Assembly (NCBI RefSeq): GCF_963921235.1 | Contig: NC_086108.1 | Span: 25,358,001 to 25,422,000, forward strand | Reading direction: 5' to 3' | Source of the DNA: Mobula hypostoma | Taxonomy: Eukaryota | Length of the DNA: 64,000 nt | Shown here: positions 48,621 through 61,700 of the stretch, piece after piece | How positions within the stretch are numbered: the first letter of the stretch is position 1 | How the letters are laid out: the number at the start of each line of letters is the position of its first letter | Notes under the pieces: model-generated | Told to the model about the DNA's origin: nothing | The model's database searches: none | What the model saw: only the letters and a program-made list of their open reading frames with translations | Translations under genes and position numbers: made by a program

Positions 48621-49764
48621 TACAACGGGGTAGAAGCTGTCCTTGAGGCTGGTGGTATGTGCTTTCAGCCTTTTATATTTTCTGCCTGATAGGAGAGGGG
48701 AGTAGAGAAAATGTCCAGACCGAGTAGCTCCTCCAGCAGATTGTTACCTGCCTTTTTGTCTTCTCTCACTGCCTTATACATGGATCCATAGACTAATTGC
48801 AGCTGAATGTGTGATGCACTTAAAGACTTTAAAATTTATTGCATCAGGTGCTCCCAATGCGATCTCCTCCACTTTTGGGGCAATAAAAATGGCAATTGCT
48901 TTGCCGGACACTCCCATGTCATTTGCAAGGGTAACCCTGATCTTTCAATTGCCTGTCACTTTAATTATCTAGCCTACTCCTAACCTTTGACCCCTCTACA
49001 CATTTCCAATGAAGTTCAGCACACACTTGTAGAATGGTTTACTATATTTAATTAGGTACAGGACTTAACATCAAATTTAAATATTCTAGGTAGTCATACT
49101 ACAGGGACTGGCATTGGAAATCTTACTAATACATTAATAATCTAGATGTGAGTGAAGGAATCAGGATTAGTAAATGCACAGATGATACAAAAGTCAGTAG
49201 TGCTGTTAATAGCAGGAAAGATAGTCTTAGGGAGTCAATGATATTGAGCGGCTGGTAAAAAAACTCAATGGTGATGTTCTTTCAGATGACAAATCTAAAG
49301 CATGCACAATGAATGATAGGACTTTGTTGAGTACTGAGGAACAGGGAGATCTTTATGTTCCAAGAAACCTTATCCTGAGCCATGATCTCCAGATGGACCC
49401 AAAATCTGAGATATAGGACCCCTCCCAACTATATAATTCCCTTCACAGTTAGCCCACTTGCCTCAGATTCCTTAACTCTTTGCAGAGTTCTGCAGGTTGC
49501 CAGTCCTTTTCCTGTTTTACACATGGTGGAACCTCTCCAGCTCTTCACTCCAACACTCAAGCCTCTTTGAAAGCTCTTCCTCACCAGGAAAGTTCTAATA
49601 GGCCCATCAATTCTCATTCCTTATCCTTGGCGAATTCTCTCGAACACCCAAGCCCAGCCTCAGGCAGCATATTTTCAATCACCTTGTGATTTAAGATAGT
49701 CACATTTCACCATATTTACACTATTCCAATGTGCAATTTTGAAGGTACGAAACATATCTAGGCA

Positions 49765-50200
49765 AATATGAGGCTGAGGGATGACCTTATAAGAGGAATA
49801 TAAAACCATGAGGGCATAGATAAGGTGAATAGTCCTAGTCCATTTCAAAGGGTAGAGGAGTCTAAAACTAAAAGCCTACATTTAAGGTGAGGGGGAAAGA
49901 TTTAATGAGAATGTGAGGCAACATTTTTTTAAGGAGGAATGTTTGGTATATGTAACAAGCTACTAGAAGAAGTGGTAGGAGCAGGTACAATTTCATTGAC
50001 AGATATTTGAACAGGTACATGGCTACGCTAGGTTTAGGGCAGGGGTTCCCAACCTTTTTTATGCCATGATCCCCCACCAATAACTGGTTTAAAGGGATAT
50101 GGGCCAAATGCAGGCAAATAGGACTAGTTTGTCATGTCATCTGGGTCAGTATGGAAAATTTGGCCAAAAGGGCATATTTCCATGTTGTGTAACTCAATGA
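49765..50200 (+). mobile_element. CR1 3' remnant containing an internally deleted hAT MITE (50040-50086)
   Basis: RLRDDLI..YK.MR.IDKV remnant; caggggttcccaacc...ctg flanked by gtttaggg / gtttaaag. Confidence 0.7.
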
Positions 50201-53200
50201 TTCTATGGAGAATAGTTTTCGCTTCATCAAATTTGTATTCATCACACTCTTGAAAAGAATCAAATTCTTTGATATCATCATTTGCATAGTTTTCTGTAAA
50301 TGGCCTTAACCAATGATCACTTGTCCTCTGCATGCATACCAATTAAGAAGCTTTATTATAAGCAGAATAGTTCTCCAAATACATTGCTTAAGAAAGGCTA
50401 TTTATAGGGTCTGAGGACAGGAGGTTGGAAATGATGCGTTAAAAAATACAAGGAAATTATAACGGGAATGCTATCTTATTCTTTAAGAGCTGACAATGTT
50501 GATATGACCAGATTGTACAAAATAAATCCTAACACATAATTAGAGGACAGAAGGATAGAATTGGCATTGAAGGAAAAGCAGATGTAGAAAATCCAAAATA
50601 AAAGCTGAAAGTGCTGGAACAACTCAACATTTCAAACAGCATCTGTGTAAGAAAAAAAACTGTAAGTACCCTTCATACAGAACATCATTAGAAATGGTAT
50701 GTTTCAGGAAATTTTTCAAATGAAAAATACTTGCTCCTAAAGGGGACATGAATCAGAAAGCCATAGACCCAAAAGAAACATCCAAGTTATTTCATTATTT
50801 CAGAAAATTCTTGTTTAAGAGTACAATTGAAAGTTTGTGAAATATTTGCCATCATGGGTTTTCAACAAACCCATATCAGCTGTGCTCTTAAATTCATTGA
50901 AAAACATTTCCAAATGTGAAAACATGCTACTTCCTCAAAAGTATTTCTTATTTTGAAATCTTTGTTAACATTGAAACTACTAAGAAGTAATTTAACAGCT
51001 GATAAATTTTACAGTATGGTTTTGCATTTCACCCTATGCAAATGTAATGAAGAAGAATATTACTATTGCCAATCTCTTTCAAACTCATTCCTGGCACAGA
51101 TTGCTGGTTATGACTAAATGTATATTAAAACCCTTGCTTTGCTGAAACTGATAGATTAAACTCAACATTACCTATGTTTACAAAGGATCAAAAATTAAGG
51201 TTATCAAGGGATGATCTGCAGGATGTAAATGATCAGAAATGCAGAGCTCACAATTAACAAGTTTTGATCTTGAACATTTATTTAGTGAAGGAAGAGGGAA
51301 AGAGGAATTTCAGCTTTTTAATGTATTCTCAGAAGATCAGGTGAATCATATTTTTGTGAGTGGCCCTCACTTATTTTGTGGCAGAAATAAGCTAAGGACT
51401 TTTCACTTACTTTTTCATTCATTCTCCTACATTTTCTTAAGTAATAGCTAAAAAATTAATATTACAGTGATTCTGATGACTCCTTTGATATTCTGACCAG
51501 TCCTCTCACATTTTTAAAATAGCCATCCGAATGGGGACCTCATTCATCAGTATATATGGTCAATGAGTAAATATGCCAGGACATGGAATCAAAGTCACTT
51601 GTCACATTAATGGCTTTTGTAGGGTTAACCATAATAAGCTAGGTTTCACAACAGCCAGTTGGAGATAATATATAATATTGCAATGCCATATAAAGGAATT
51701 AATGACTTAAATGACATTAATGTGTAATATAGTAATTATATCACTTCATGTAATGTAGACGAAACATAAACATTGCAGTCTATGCCAAGTGGTTTAAGGA
51801 TAATTACAGAAGAAAAGACATCCCATAGGATCCAAGACTTCTATTAGAGTACTGTATTCCAGTAACTTATAACAACAATGCTTAATTAGAAAATATCCTT
51901 CAAGGACAGGCAGTTGTAGGCACATGAACAAAATGGTAAAGAATATTACAAACTACATGTAGAACTGATTTTGTTGCCTTGAAGGCCAAGTGGATATCAA
52001 ATAGCATACAAGTTAAGTTCCACATGCCTAACTATTATTTCAGCTTTATATTTGGAGTAATTTCTAGGCTATAAAGCATTATTGACCCAATAATTTCATG
52101 GAAGTGTCAAGTCAACCTTGATGTTAATTCAAGGCAAGTAAAATGATGTGTGTGCTCGGAAATCCTGCCTTTACAATTCATTTGGGAACAGCAATGCTGC
52201 TTTATAGAGCATTGTGCGAAGCTCACACAGGTTGTTCACTCCAACATGTGTGAGAAAATCTCTGTTGCAATGTCAGTCCCAAAAAGGCTTTTGTCCTGGT
52301 GCACACATTACACTGAGGAATCAGACAACTCGTAGACTTGCAGCTGTGTATTGATACCACAATGATAAAAGAAACTAAGCAAACAGATTACTCAGGAGGT
52401 CATCAGACATTTTATAAAATGATTTAAAAACAAATTGCAATAGTACTGCTACATAATGCATTGAGCTCTTGTATCAATAAGATTCCGGGGATGTTTTTAA
52501 AATTCTTGGAAAATTTTAATAGGTTCAGTGTTTTTAGAGAAATTTGGAGGCAAAGAGGGTGGTCTACAGGCTGCTGGTCACATTTCCTTTAGTTATCAAT
52601 GAATGAAGTTGCTTTACCACCTGTATGGGTCATCAGAATTCTTCTTCATTCTGGTAAGGCTCACAATTAGAAACTACCTGTTGTGATTGTCAGCTCAATT
52701 TGCAAGGAACTCATCACTATGACAGAAAGGAAGCAGCATCATTTTCAATTTAATCCTTGTTCTTTTTAAAATACTTTTTCGGACTGCTCATTATGTAACT
52801 TCTAACAAAGGTACTTATTCACAACTATGTTTGAGGACTCAGATTGCTCCATCAATTTTCCCCAAACACTAAACAGATTTCTGCCAATCAACTCAGTGCA
52901 AGGTGTTGCAAATATTTGCAGCAGATATGCCCGTAGCTTGAGATAGACTGCTGCAGGTTACTATCAGTAACAAACAACAGCAGAAACAAAATATTGATCT
53001 CAGCCTTAATTGAAGATAATTACAGAATTGAGGGAAATAACGTTCCTGGACTACCTGCAAGGTCTCTGATTCACTGAATAGCTAAAATCTACCAGTTTTG
53101 TCTTGAAACTGCTCAGCGATCAAATCTCCAGAGCTAACTTGGGTAGAAAATACCACAGGCAGTGGGATGTTGGATGCTTGACATGAAAAACTTTCTGCCC

Positions 53201-53426
53201 ATCTCTGTCCTGACTGGCAACCCCTTACTTTGAGATGGTCACCCCTTGTTTTAGACCCCAGCCAGGGGAAATATTACCTCCACTTCCATCAAGCCTTATC
53301 AAATGTACTTTCTGTACATTTAAATGAAATTACTTCTCTTCACTCTCATCTCAGCTGAGCATCTGGAATGGCAAAAGCCATTATCTCCATTTACTGATGG
53401 AAACAGATCTGTATACAATACTCCAG

Positions 53427-53617
53427 ATTGTTGTTGTTCCTCTCTGTGCCTTGTGGTGAATCGAGGAACAACCTTGCCGTTTCTTTAGCACCTGTCTTTT
53501 TTTTTATGAGGCTGAGTTGCTAGTTTGATGCTCAACGCAGTGTGCAAGGCACCGGCTGTATTCGAACCCAAGACCACTCGCCTCGAAGTCCAGTGCGGAT
53601 GAACCACCGACCAGCAT
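53427..53617 (-). mobile_element. tRNA-derived SINE with (caa)n tail inside a degraded minus-strand CR1 (~53155-53770)
   Basis: Minus strand gggttcgaatac B-box; ttgttgttgtt tail on the plus strand. Confidence 0.6.
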
Positions 53618-55914
53618 AACATTCCGGATGCAATATCAATAATTATAATCGGAGTAGAGTATTTATAGACTTGTGTTCAATTTTTCCTATAATAAAGGTC
53701 AACACCCCATGCATGTTGAGCCTGCACATTAACTTTCAATAATTCATGTACAAATCAGTCAGAACCCTTTGACCATCATTCGCTTTTGCAGTTCTGATGA
53801 AGGATCATTGATCTGAAACACTGATTATGACCGTCTTTCCACAGACCTTCTGAGAGTCCCCTGAATTTTCTGTTTTTGTTACTAATCAGTGGTTAGTCCA
53901 TGAAGCAGTGCCTGTTACAGGATGTGTTAAAAGAACTGAGCATTGAGCTTTGGGATCTCAGCCATCTCATCAATTCAGTGATTGATACCACAAATAGTCT
54001 AGTTTTGACTCTGCAAGGTCAAAGCAACATTTTGGCTAGTGCGAATTGTACCACAGATGTACATGTATGTCCAGAATGCCATGCTGCAACTAATTTGGAA
54101 AGACCAAACACACAGAGGTGATTACTATGGAGGCAAATACTTCAATCCATTGCAGGAACAAGCGAGAAGCTGCCTCTACAGACCATCTGTATAAAAATGA
54201 AACAGCTCTTATTTAGATTTCTCCCAAGTGTTCCATTCACTGGAAGATCTTCAAATAACCTTTATGTGTCAAACTAGCCAATCTGTCAAACGTAATAAAC
54301 CGATTACAAAATTGCAGTACTTGATTCGTAGCACTAGAGGACAATAAAGCAGTTGTATTGTTTGCCAGCAAGCTTGAGATTGAGAACTGCAACAGTGCAA
54401 CAGGTCTGCATTCAATGGAGCATATTAACACTAAACAGTGAGTGAACTTTTAAGTAAGAAGACCACATCTACAAACCATTTCCGGCTAACATGGGAAAGA
54501 AGGGTCAGGATGCAGGGGACAGCATTAAATAAATGCAGAGCATTTGCAACTACTGTATGTCTTGTAGGGACTAAAACAAGGAACTTTGGGTTTGTAGATT
54601 TGAGAAATTACACTATATAGGATGAAATTGTCTGTACAGCATGGCCACAGGACATTCAGCCCAATTCATTCAAGGCTGAAATTTGTACGTCTTCAGCATC
54701 TGCGCACCTTTCATCAAGGAAATCTATCAGCAGAGCTCTCCATCCTTATCTTCATCATACTCTTATCCAGCAGTTCCTTAACTGCACCCATGTCTTCAGG
54801 AAATCCATGTAGAACTGAGTTGCTCATTTTCACTGTGTTTAGGGAGAGGAAAAGATAAAGGTCGGCAAGCATGTGTTAAACTGAGGGAACGAGTGAGCAA
54901 AGGCTGTGAAATATTGGATGATTTGAGGTAGGGAAGCTGAATATTGAAGCTAGGCTGCCAATGACAAAAAAAAGCTTTGCTAATAGGGAAGGTAGATCAG
55001 GAAATGTTATAGCAACTCAAAAATAGGCCTTAGGATTCAGTAGGATGTTAAAATTTGAAAACAACTTACATTGCAAAGAGCCACATGATGAAAGAAGATG
55101 AAGTTAGCAATAAAAATGATTTTTGGTCAGAATTAAGAAATGTTGCCTAAGAACTTACAAAGTCATAGAGCAAAGGGCTGATACTCAAATATGTAACATC
55201 CTCCCGAACCCTTCAGAAGTTTAATAGAACTGATAGGATTGGAGAATTAGAAATGATCATTGTTAGCTAATACTGGAACGGGGATATCACTAGTTTTCAC
55301 TGTGGCAATAGCAGGTGAACCAGGTGCTCTATTTGTTTTTCTGAAGCCTGGTAACGCAGAGAACAAAAATGTATTAATTCCTGATATAAATAAATTGTCA
55401 TATTAGTACATATAAATATTGCAGTGATTTCTCTTTATACCAAATTTTATATATGCTTATTATGTATAAAGAAGAATCGAGACAGAACTACAATGATAAA
55501 ACTGTTTCAGCAACATAGGTGAGAACAGGTGTAGACTACATTGACTGTTTTGTAGATTACATGTACACTGACTATAATATAATTTTGTACTCTCTTTCCT
55601 ACTCCCACACTAAATTGTCTGGTCTTGGCCTTCTTCATTGCTATGGAGAGATCAAATGCAAATTGTAAGAACATTTCATTTCCAACCCAATGGTATGAAC
55701 ATTCGATTTTCCAAGTTCAGATAACCCAAATCCCAATGAACTGTTCCCACACACTCATCTGTCCATCTAGTTTTCTTCTCCCCTTGTTCACCTCTTCAAT
55801 CACTTCCCCCTACTTGGCTCCATCTATTAATCATTTCCTCCCCATATGGTTCCACCTATCAAACACCAGCTTGTATCCCACCTCCTCGTGTATGACTATA
55901 CTCTGTCAGTCTTC

Positions 55915-56210
55915 GGGTGGCATGGTAGCATAGTGGTTAGCGCAACACTTAACTGTACTAGTGACCCATGTTCTATTTCCTCCACTGTAAGAAGTTTCTA
56001 TGTTCTCCATGTGACTGCAGGGGTTTCCTCCTGGTGCTTCAGTTTCCTCCCACAGTCCAAAGATATACCAGTTGGTAGGTTAACTGGTTATTGTAAATTG
56101 TTCCATAATTAAGCTACGGTTAAATTGAGTGTTGCTGGGTAGCCTGGCTTGAAAGGTTGGAAAAGCCTACTCTGCACTGTATCTTAATAAATAAATAAAT
56201 AAATAAATAA
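55915..56210 (+). mobile_element. V-SINE with (taaa)n tail inside an old PLE remnant
   Basis: gggtggcatggtagcatagtggttagc head; V-domain; (aaat)n. Confidence 0.8.
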
Positions 56211-56961
56211 ATCTTCCCCTTTCCCTCTCAGTGCTGACGTAAGGTCCTGACCCAAAAGGCCAACTCACACCTGTTGACTCCTCAGATGCTGTCTGAGTCA
56301 TTGAATTCGTCCAACACTATGTTTAGCTCCAGGTTCCAGCACTGGCAGAATTTGTATCTCCTCACGCTTGTCTCCTCCTTTGTTCCAAGATGGGCAGCTT
56401 GGAATACCACACAGCTTGAAAGTTACATGAAAACTGCATTGCATGATAGCTTCAGAAGGTGCTCCAGCATCTCCTCCGGCTCTATCATTCCACAACATTA
56501 ATATTGCAGGGAAAAGGGATGATTCACCTTTGCTTGAGAAAGCTTTGTTTTGACAATACATTTTGAATAGAAAGCACAATAAGCCCAGTTAGCAATACTT
56601 TTACAGTGAGGGAGGAGTGTGTGAAGGATTTGACAACTGGATGCATTTGTTTAGAAGTGACACTGAAGTTTTCTCTGTACTGTCAATCCTTCAAGATTAG
56701 TTGCTTTAGGAGATAGAAATAGACCAGGAAAAAGCAGGAGCTAATGACCTGTATGATCTACAGTATATTAATCAATGCAGCAATAATTTCCCAGGTAACA
56801 GTATAAGCTTAATGCAATAAAGCCATAGAGAGAGGAAACATAGAAACAGGCCCTTAGGCCCTTTGGCCCATTGAGTCTGTACTGAACATCAACCACCTAT
56901 TTATATTAATCCTACACCAGTTCCATTCCAGGGGTAATTTACACTTGCCAGTTAACTACCA

Positions 56962-57335
56962 GGGCGGTGGGATGGAGATAATTCTCTACCAAGGGAGGTA
57001 TAAGGCACTCCTTCCCTCCGTTAACCTGCGGGTCACCATTGGGCAAGGCGTCGCACCTGGTTAGTCCCCTGAGCAGAGACATCTGAAGCCATGGAAGAAG
57101 GTGATGGATGGACGTATGAGCATGTCACAAGTCCTGGTAATATGATCACTGATGTCAGGCAGATGATCTCTGAAGAGCATTGATAATGGCTGGGAGTCAC
57201 CCATCTTGTAAAGACACTGCCCAGAAGACGACAATGCCAAACAACTTCTGTAGAAAAATTTGACAAGAACAATCATGGTGATGGAAAGAGCGTGATCACC
57301 CATGTCATATGATATGGCATATAGTGAATGAATGA
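56962..57335 (+). mobile_element. Non-autonomous RTE-related SINE-like element
   Basis: RTE/BovB-like 3' end aatgccaaacaacttctgtagaaaaatttgacaagaacaatcatgg, (tgaa)n tail; second copy starts at ~63905. Confidence 0.65.
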
Positions 57336-58227
57336 ATTAACTTACCAACCTGCCTATCTCTCATGGGATGAAGAGACAAACAAAAGCACCCACATGGTCA
57401 CAGGGAATACATGCAAATTCCACACAGAGGTCACTGAGGACTGCATGAACCCAGATTCTAATGATACGAAGCAGCAGTACTAATAGCTGTATTATTGTTC
57501 CATTCTATAGATTTGAAGAAGTACTCATAATGATGATGTCTGAAGAAATGTTTGAGAGAATTGCATTTAGAACTGTGGGCTTGGGTGAAAAAGTTCAGTC
57601 GCTAATTTGAACAAGGTTGAGGACAGTCATGCTGGTGAAGGGATGGGGCTGCAACTTAAAGTCATTGATGAGACAACAGGAAACAACATGGTTAAAGAAG
57701 GCCCAAAGCATGACTGGAGGGAAGTTTCAGGATAAGAGCAAAGAAATCACGAAGATTCATGGGTGTTTGAACTTTAAACTACAAGGGGGGAAAGTCATGA
57801 GTTCCACAACATAAACCTGAATTCTGCATTCAGTGAAATAAGTCACAACTATAAGAACATAACAATTTTCCAAAGGAATACCCTAGTGCATGGACAGCCA
57901 GAATAATTGATGAGATGGAAACAGCAATGTATTTTTATTGTGTTAATAATTGGGTTTGATACACTTAAGTTTGAATCAGAATAGCTCCAGGTTTCAATTA
58001 GCTATACAAACACATCAAACAATTCTACATCATTGATACAGAGAACCAAAGCAAAAGGTTAAACTTGAATCAAATGGCTTTACTTAACTCTAAGTTTACA
58101 GTGTTGCCAATCTCACTGTTTGTTCATCCAGTGCGGTGTTGACAAGTGTAAGCTATCTACAAGTTTGTCAGCACAGTATAATTATTTGCCTCCTGAAGGC
58201 TGACTTGGGCATGCATGTCATCAAGTA

Positions 58228-58685
58228 TAACCAATTCTATACGGCCACAATTGAGAGCATCCTGACTGGCTGCATCACTGTCTGGTATGGGAACTGTAGC
58301 TCCCTTAATCGCAGGACTCTGCAGAGAGTAGTTGTGAACTTCCCATGATTCAGGACATTTACAAAGACAGGTGTGACAAAAGGGTTCGGAGGATCATTAG
58401 AGACCTGAGTCACCCCAACCGTGATCTATTCCAGCTGCTACCATCCGGGAAACAGTACCACAGCATAAAAGCCAGGACCAACAGGCTCCTGGACAGCTTC
58501 TTCCACCAGGCCATCAGACTGATTAACTCACATTGATGTGAGTGTATTTCTATGTTACATTGACTGTTCTATTTATTATAAATTACTATGATTGCACATT
58601 GCACATTTAGACGGAGACGTAACATAAGGATTTTTACTCCTCGTGTATGTGAAGGACGTAAGAAATAAAGTCAATTCAATTCAAT
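58228..58685 (+). mobile_element. Rex-Babar LINE 3' fragment
   Basis: FYTATIESILTGCITVWYGNC and LFQLLPSGKQY..FFHQAIRLIN; (attca)n tail. Confidence 0.85.
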
Positions 58686-59171
58686 ATAATGCTATTATTT
58701 GAATACTTTTTAGATCCGTGACTGCAAAGATGTAACCAATGTATAATGTTGAAACCTCATGGGCTACCTACATATGGAGAAGGACACTGTTGGAGCAATG
58801 TACTTCTTTTCTGTCTGTATTGTATTTTGTGTTGTGCATTTTTATTGTGGGTTATGGTAACTTGTCACTTGGGTGGGGGTGTGGTAGAAGAAAGTGAGTA
58901 TGGTCACATATTCACGTTTTGTCCTCATTAGTTTTTGTTGCTGCTATTCACTCAAATTCCAATTATATTGCTAAAATTGTCAATTTCACTATCACTAATT
59001 TGGTTACACTAATTCTGACATCTCTCATTTTGATCACTCGTCTTTGCTGGTTTTGAAATAAAGGATCAAAAATACCTTTTGCAACTTGGAACTCAGTTGT
59101 TTGGAAGCATGTCAGTGGTTTTGGTTTGTTTTCTTCAAGTAATCGCTACAGAAACATTGAAAAAGAATAAT

Positions 59172-59385
59172 GCATACAAAATGCTGGAGGAACTTGGCAG
59201 GCCAAGCAGCATCTATAAAAAAGAGTAAACAGCTGACGTTTTGGGCTGAGAACTGATGTCCCGATGAAGGGTCTTGGCCTGAAATGTTGACTATGTACTC
59301 TTTTCCATAGATGCTGCCTAGACTGCTGAGATCCCCCAGCATTTTGTGTGTACTTCTCTGATTTCTCGCATATGCAGATTTTTTC
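59172..59385. mobile_element. Palindromic twin PLE-terminus element (clearest example)
   Basis: acaaaatgctgg..gcagcatctata..aagagta..gacgttt | ..gaaatgttgac..tactctttt..atagatgctgc..ccagcattttgt. Confidence 0.8.
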
Positions 59386-60204
59386 TTGTTTATTGAAAGA
59401 GAATGTTTGATCCAGTTAAAAACATTCCATGTTACGCGCCAATACTTTAAAGGAATCAACTTAAAGAGACTCTAAAGAAAGTTTAATCTGTAATGGGACA
59501 AAAGATACAAATCAATAAGATTATAGCAATTTTTCAATAATCTTGTGACTTGAATAATGAAATTCAACAAGAGAGTTATAATTTACCATAGATTAACCAT
59601 ATTGTACATATTTACATAGTGCAAAAGGTTTTACTAATCTCACTATCCAGAATGTGATTGAGCTCAGGCTCATGGTTTTGAAGTGCAGTTTCATTTCTAA
59701 CCACATCTTACACATCTTGAGGAAAAAAATGGCTTGAAATGTGTCCTGTAAGAGTTCAGCCATGCTCAAGAAAGTTATTAGGAGAGAGAAAGGGATAAGA
59801 TTGGTCTGTGGGAAGACGAGTTTCAGGTTGTACACTGCATACGTACTTGTATAATAAATGTACTTTGAATCATTGCAGGTGAGTTTGTGACTGGTTGCCT
59901 GGAAGAACACTTGAAATAGTGATAAAAACCATGATAAACACTTTCTTATAACCATGCAACGTCTACACTCCAAGATAAGACAAACCCTCAAAGGTGAGTA
60001 GTCCTTTTCATTAGATGTATTATTAAGGATAAAGTTAAAACAGATTTGTAGAGGCTACGTTGATGCAGGAAAGACAATCCACTTGCCTACATTGTACAGT
60101 ATCCAAATTTTTTTACACAATTAGTCATTATAAAGCTGCTGAGAGATTTAATACAATAAAATACAAAATGGTTCTGGGAAGAACTGTATGAATTGATGAT
60201 TGAA

Positions 60205-61200
60205 AAAATCATAATTAGATTTAAGATCACTGACATATGACATGAAATCTGCTGCTTTGCAAGACAGAGAATTCCTATATAATTGCAAAAATAAATAAAT
60301 AATGCAATAGAAGGAATAATGAGGTGGTGCTCACGGGTTCATGGACTGCACAGAAATCTGATGGCAGAAGGGAAGAAATTGTTTCCAAATCACTGGGTGT
60401 GAGTCTTCAGGCTCCTGTTCCTTCTCCCTGATGGTAGTAACAAGAAGAGGGTGTGTCACAGATGATGTGGGTCCTTAGTGATGATTGCCACCTTCTTGAG
60501 GCATCACCACTTGAAAATGTTATTGTTGTCAGGAAGGGTTGTGCTCATGATGGAGCTGCCTGAGTCAATATTCCTCTGCAGCCTCTTGTGAGCCTGTGTT
60601 TTGCAGTCTTCATACCGGGCTGTGATGTAACCTGTGAGAATGTCCTCCTTCACCTATCTACAGAAATCTATAGAAGTTACTTTGGTGACATACCAAATCT
60701 CCTCAGGCTCCAAATAAGTTAGGACAACTGGTGTGCCTTTTCCATGTTTGCATCAATGTGCTAGGCCTAGAAAAGACCCTCTGAGGAGTTGACTGTAAAA
60801 AGCTAGAAGCTGCTCACCCGATCCTTTCCACCACTGACACTTCAATTAAGATTTTTCCTTGATAAAGTCCACAATTAATTCCCTGGTCTTGCTGACATTG
60901 AGTTTGAGGATATTATGGTGCCACCACTCGGTCAGCTGATCTATCTCACTTCTGTGTACCTCTGTTACCATCTGAGATTCCACCAACAGCAGTGGAGCCA
61001 TCAGCAGATATACAGATAGCAATTGAGCTGTGCTTAACCACACTGTGCAGAGAAAGTAGTGATTGTAGAGGATTTGTATAAGCACGCATTCTTGAGGTGC
61101 ACCTTCAATGAGGCTGAGATGCCACTGCTGATGGATATGATTGTGCTCTCTCGATAAGGAGGTTGAGGATCCGTTGGTAGATCGAGACATGGAGGCCTCT
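60205..61200 (-). mobile_element. Old Rex-Babar LINE RT and 3' end
   Basis: GAPQECVL and LKLNVSKTRELIVDF; 3'UTR matches other Rex-Babar copies. Confidence 0.75.
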
Positions 61201-61324
61201 GAAGCTTGGTAATTAGTATTTGTGGATGGCACCTCTTTGTTCGCTGCACCCAAGAGAACCATGAAATGTTCTCATTTAGAACTACTACAGCTGAAATCTA
61301 CAGTCAAAGTTACAGGCACTTCAG

Positions 61325-61700
61325 CTGCGTTCCCATCCTCGAACATTTGGCAGTCAACTGTTGCCTATTCTACCTGCTGAGTTTTCCACGCTCATCTTGA
61401 TTGTAATGTACTTTCCACCCCTGGCAGACATCAGACTGACACTGGGAAAACTGAGCTCTGTGATCAGCAGTCACAAGGCAATACATCCAATCATTGTGAG
61501 GAACGTCAACCAGCTTGCAGAAGTCTCTGACAAACCATACCCAACAAGTCACCTGTGGAATCAATGAGGAGCCAGCTTGATCACTGTTACACCACCATCA
61601 AGATCGCTGATGGAGCCATCCTACAACCATTCTTTGGTAAGTCTGATCACCCAATTGTACCTATTTTTCTAGAATACAGGCAGAGACTGAACACACATTA
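61325..61700 (+). mobile_element. Rex-Babar-type AP-endonuclease remnant, inverted relative to the adjacent RT
   Basis: LEHLAVNC..FYL..EFS..VMYFPP.AD, LDHCYTTI and FGKSDH remnants. Confidence 0.65.

Noticed and set aside
50124..50342. Acidic 72-aa ORF (ENYANDDIKEFDSFQECDEY)
   Set aside because: Runs into a CR1 tail, with no splice signals or homology I can recognise.
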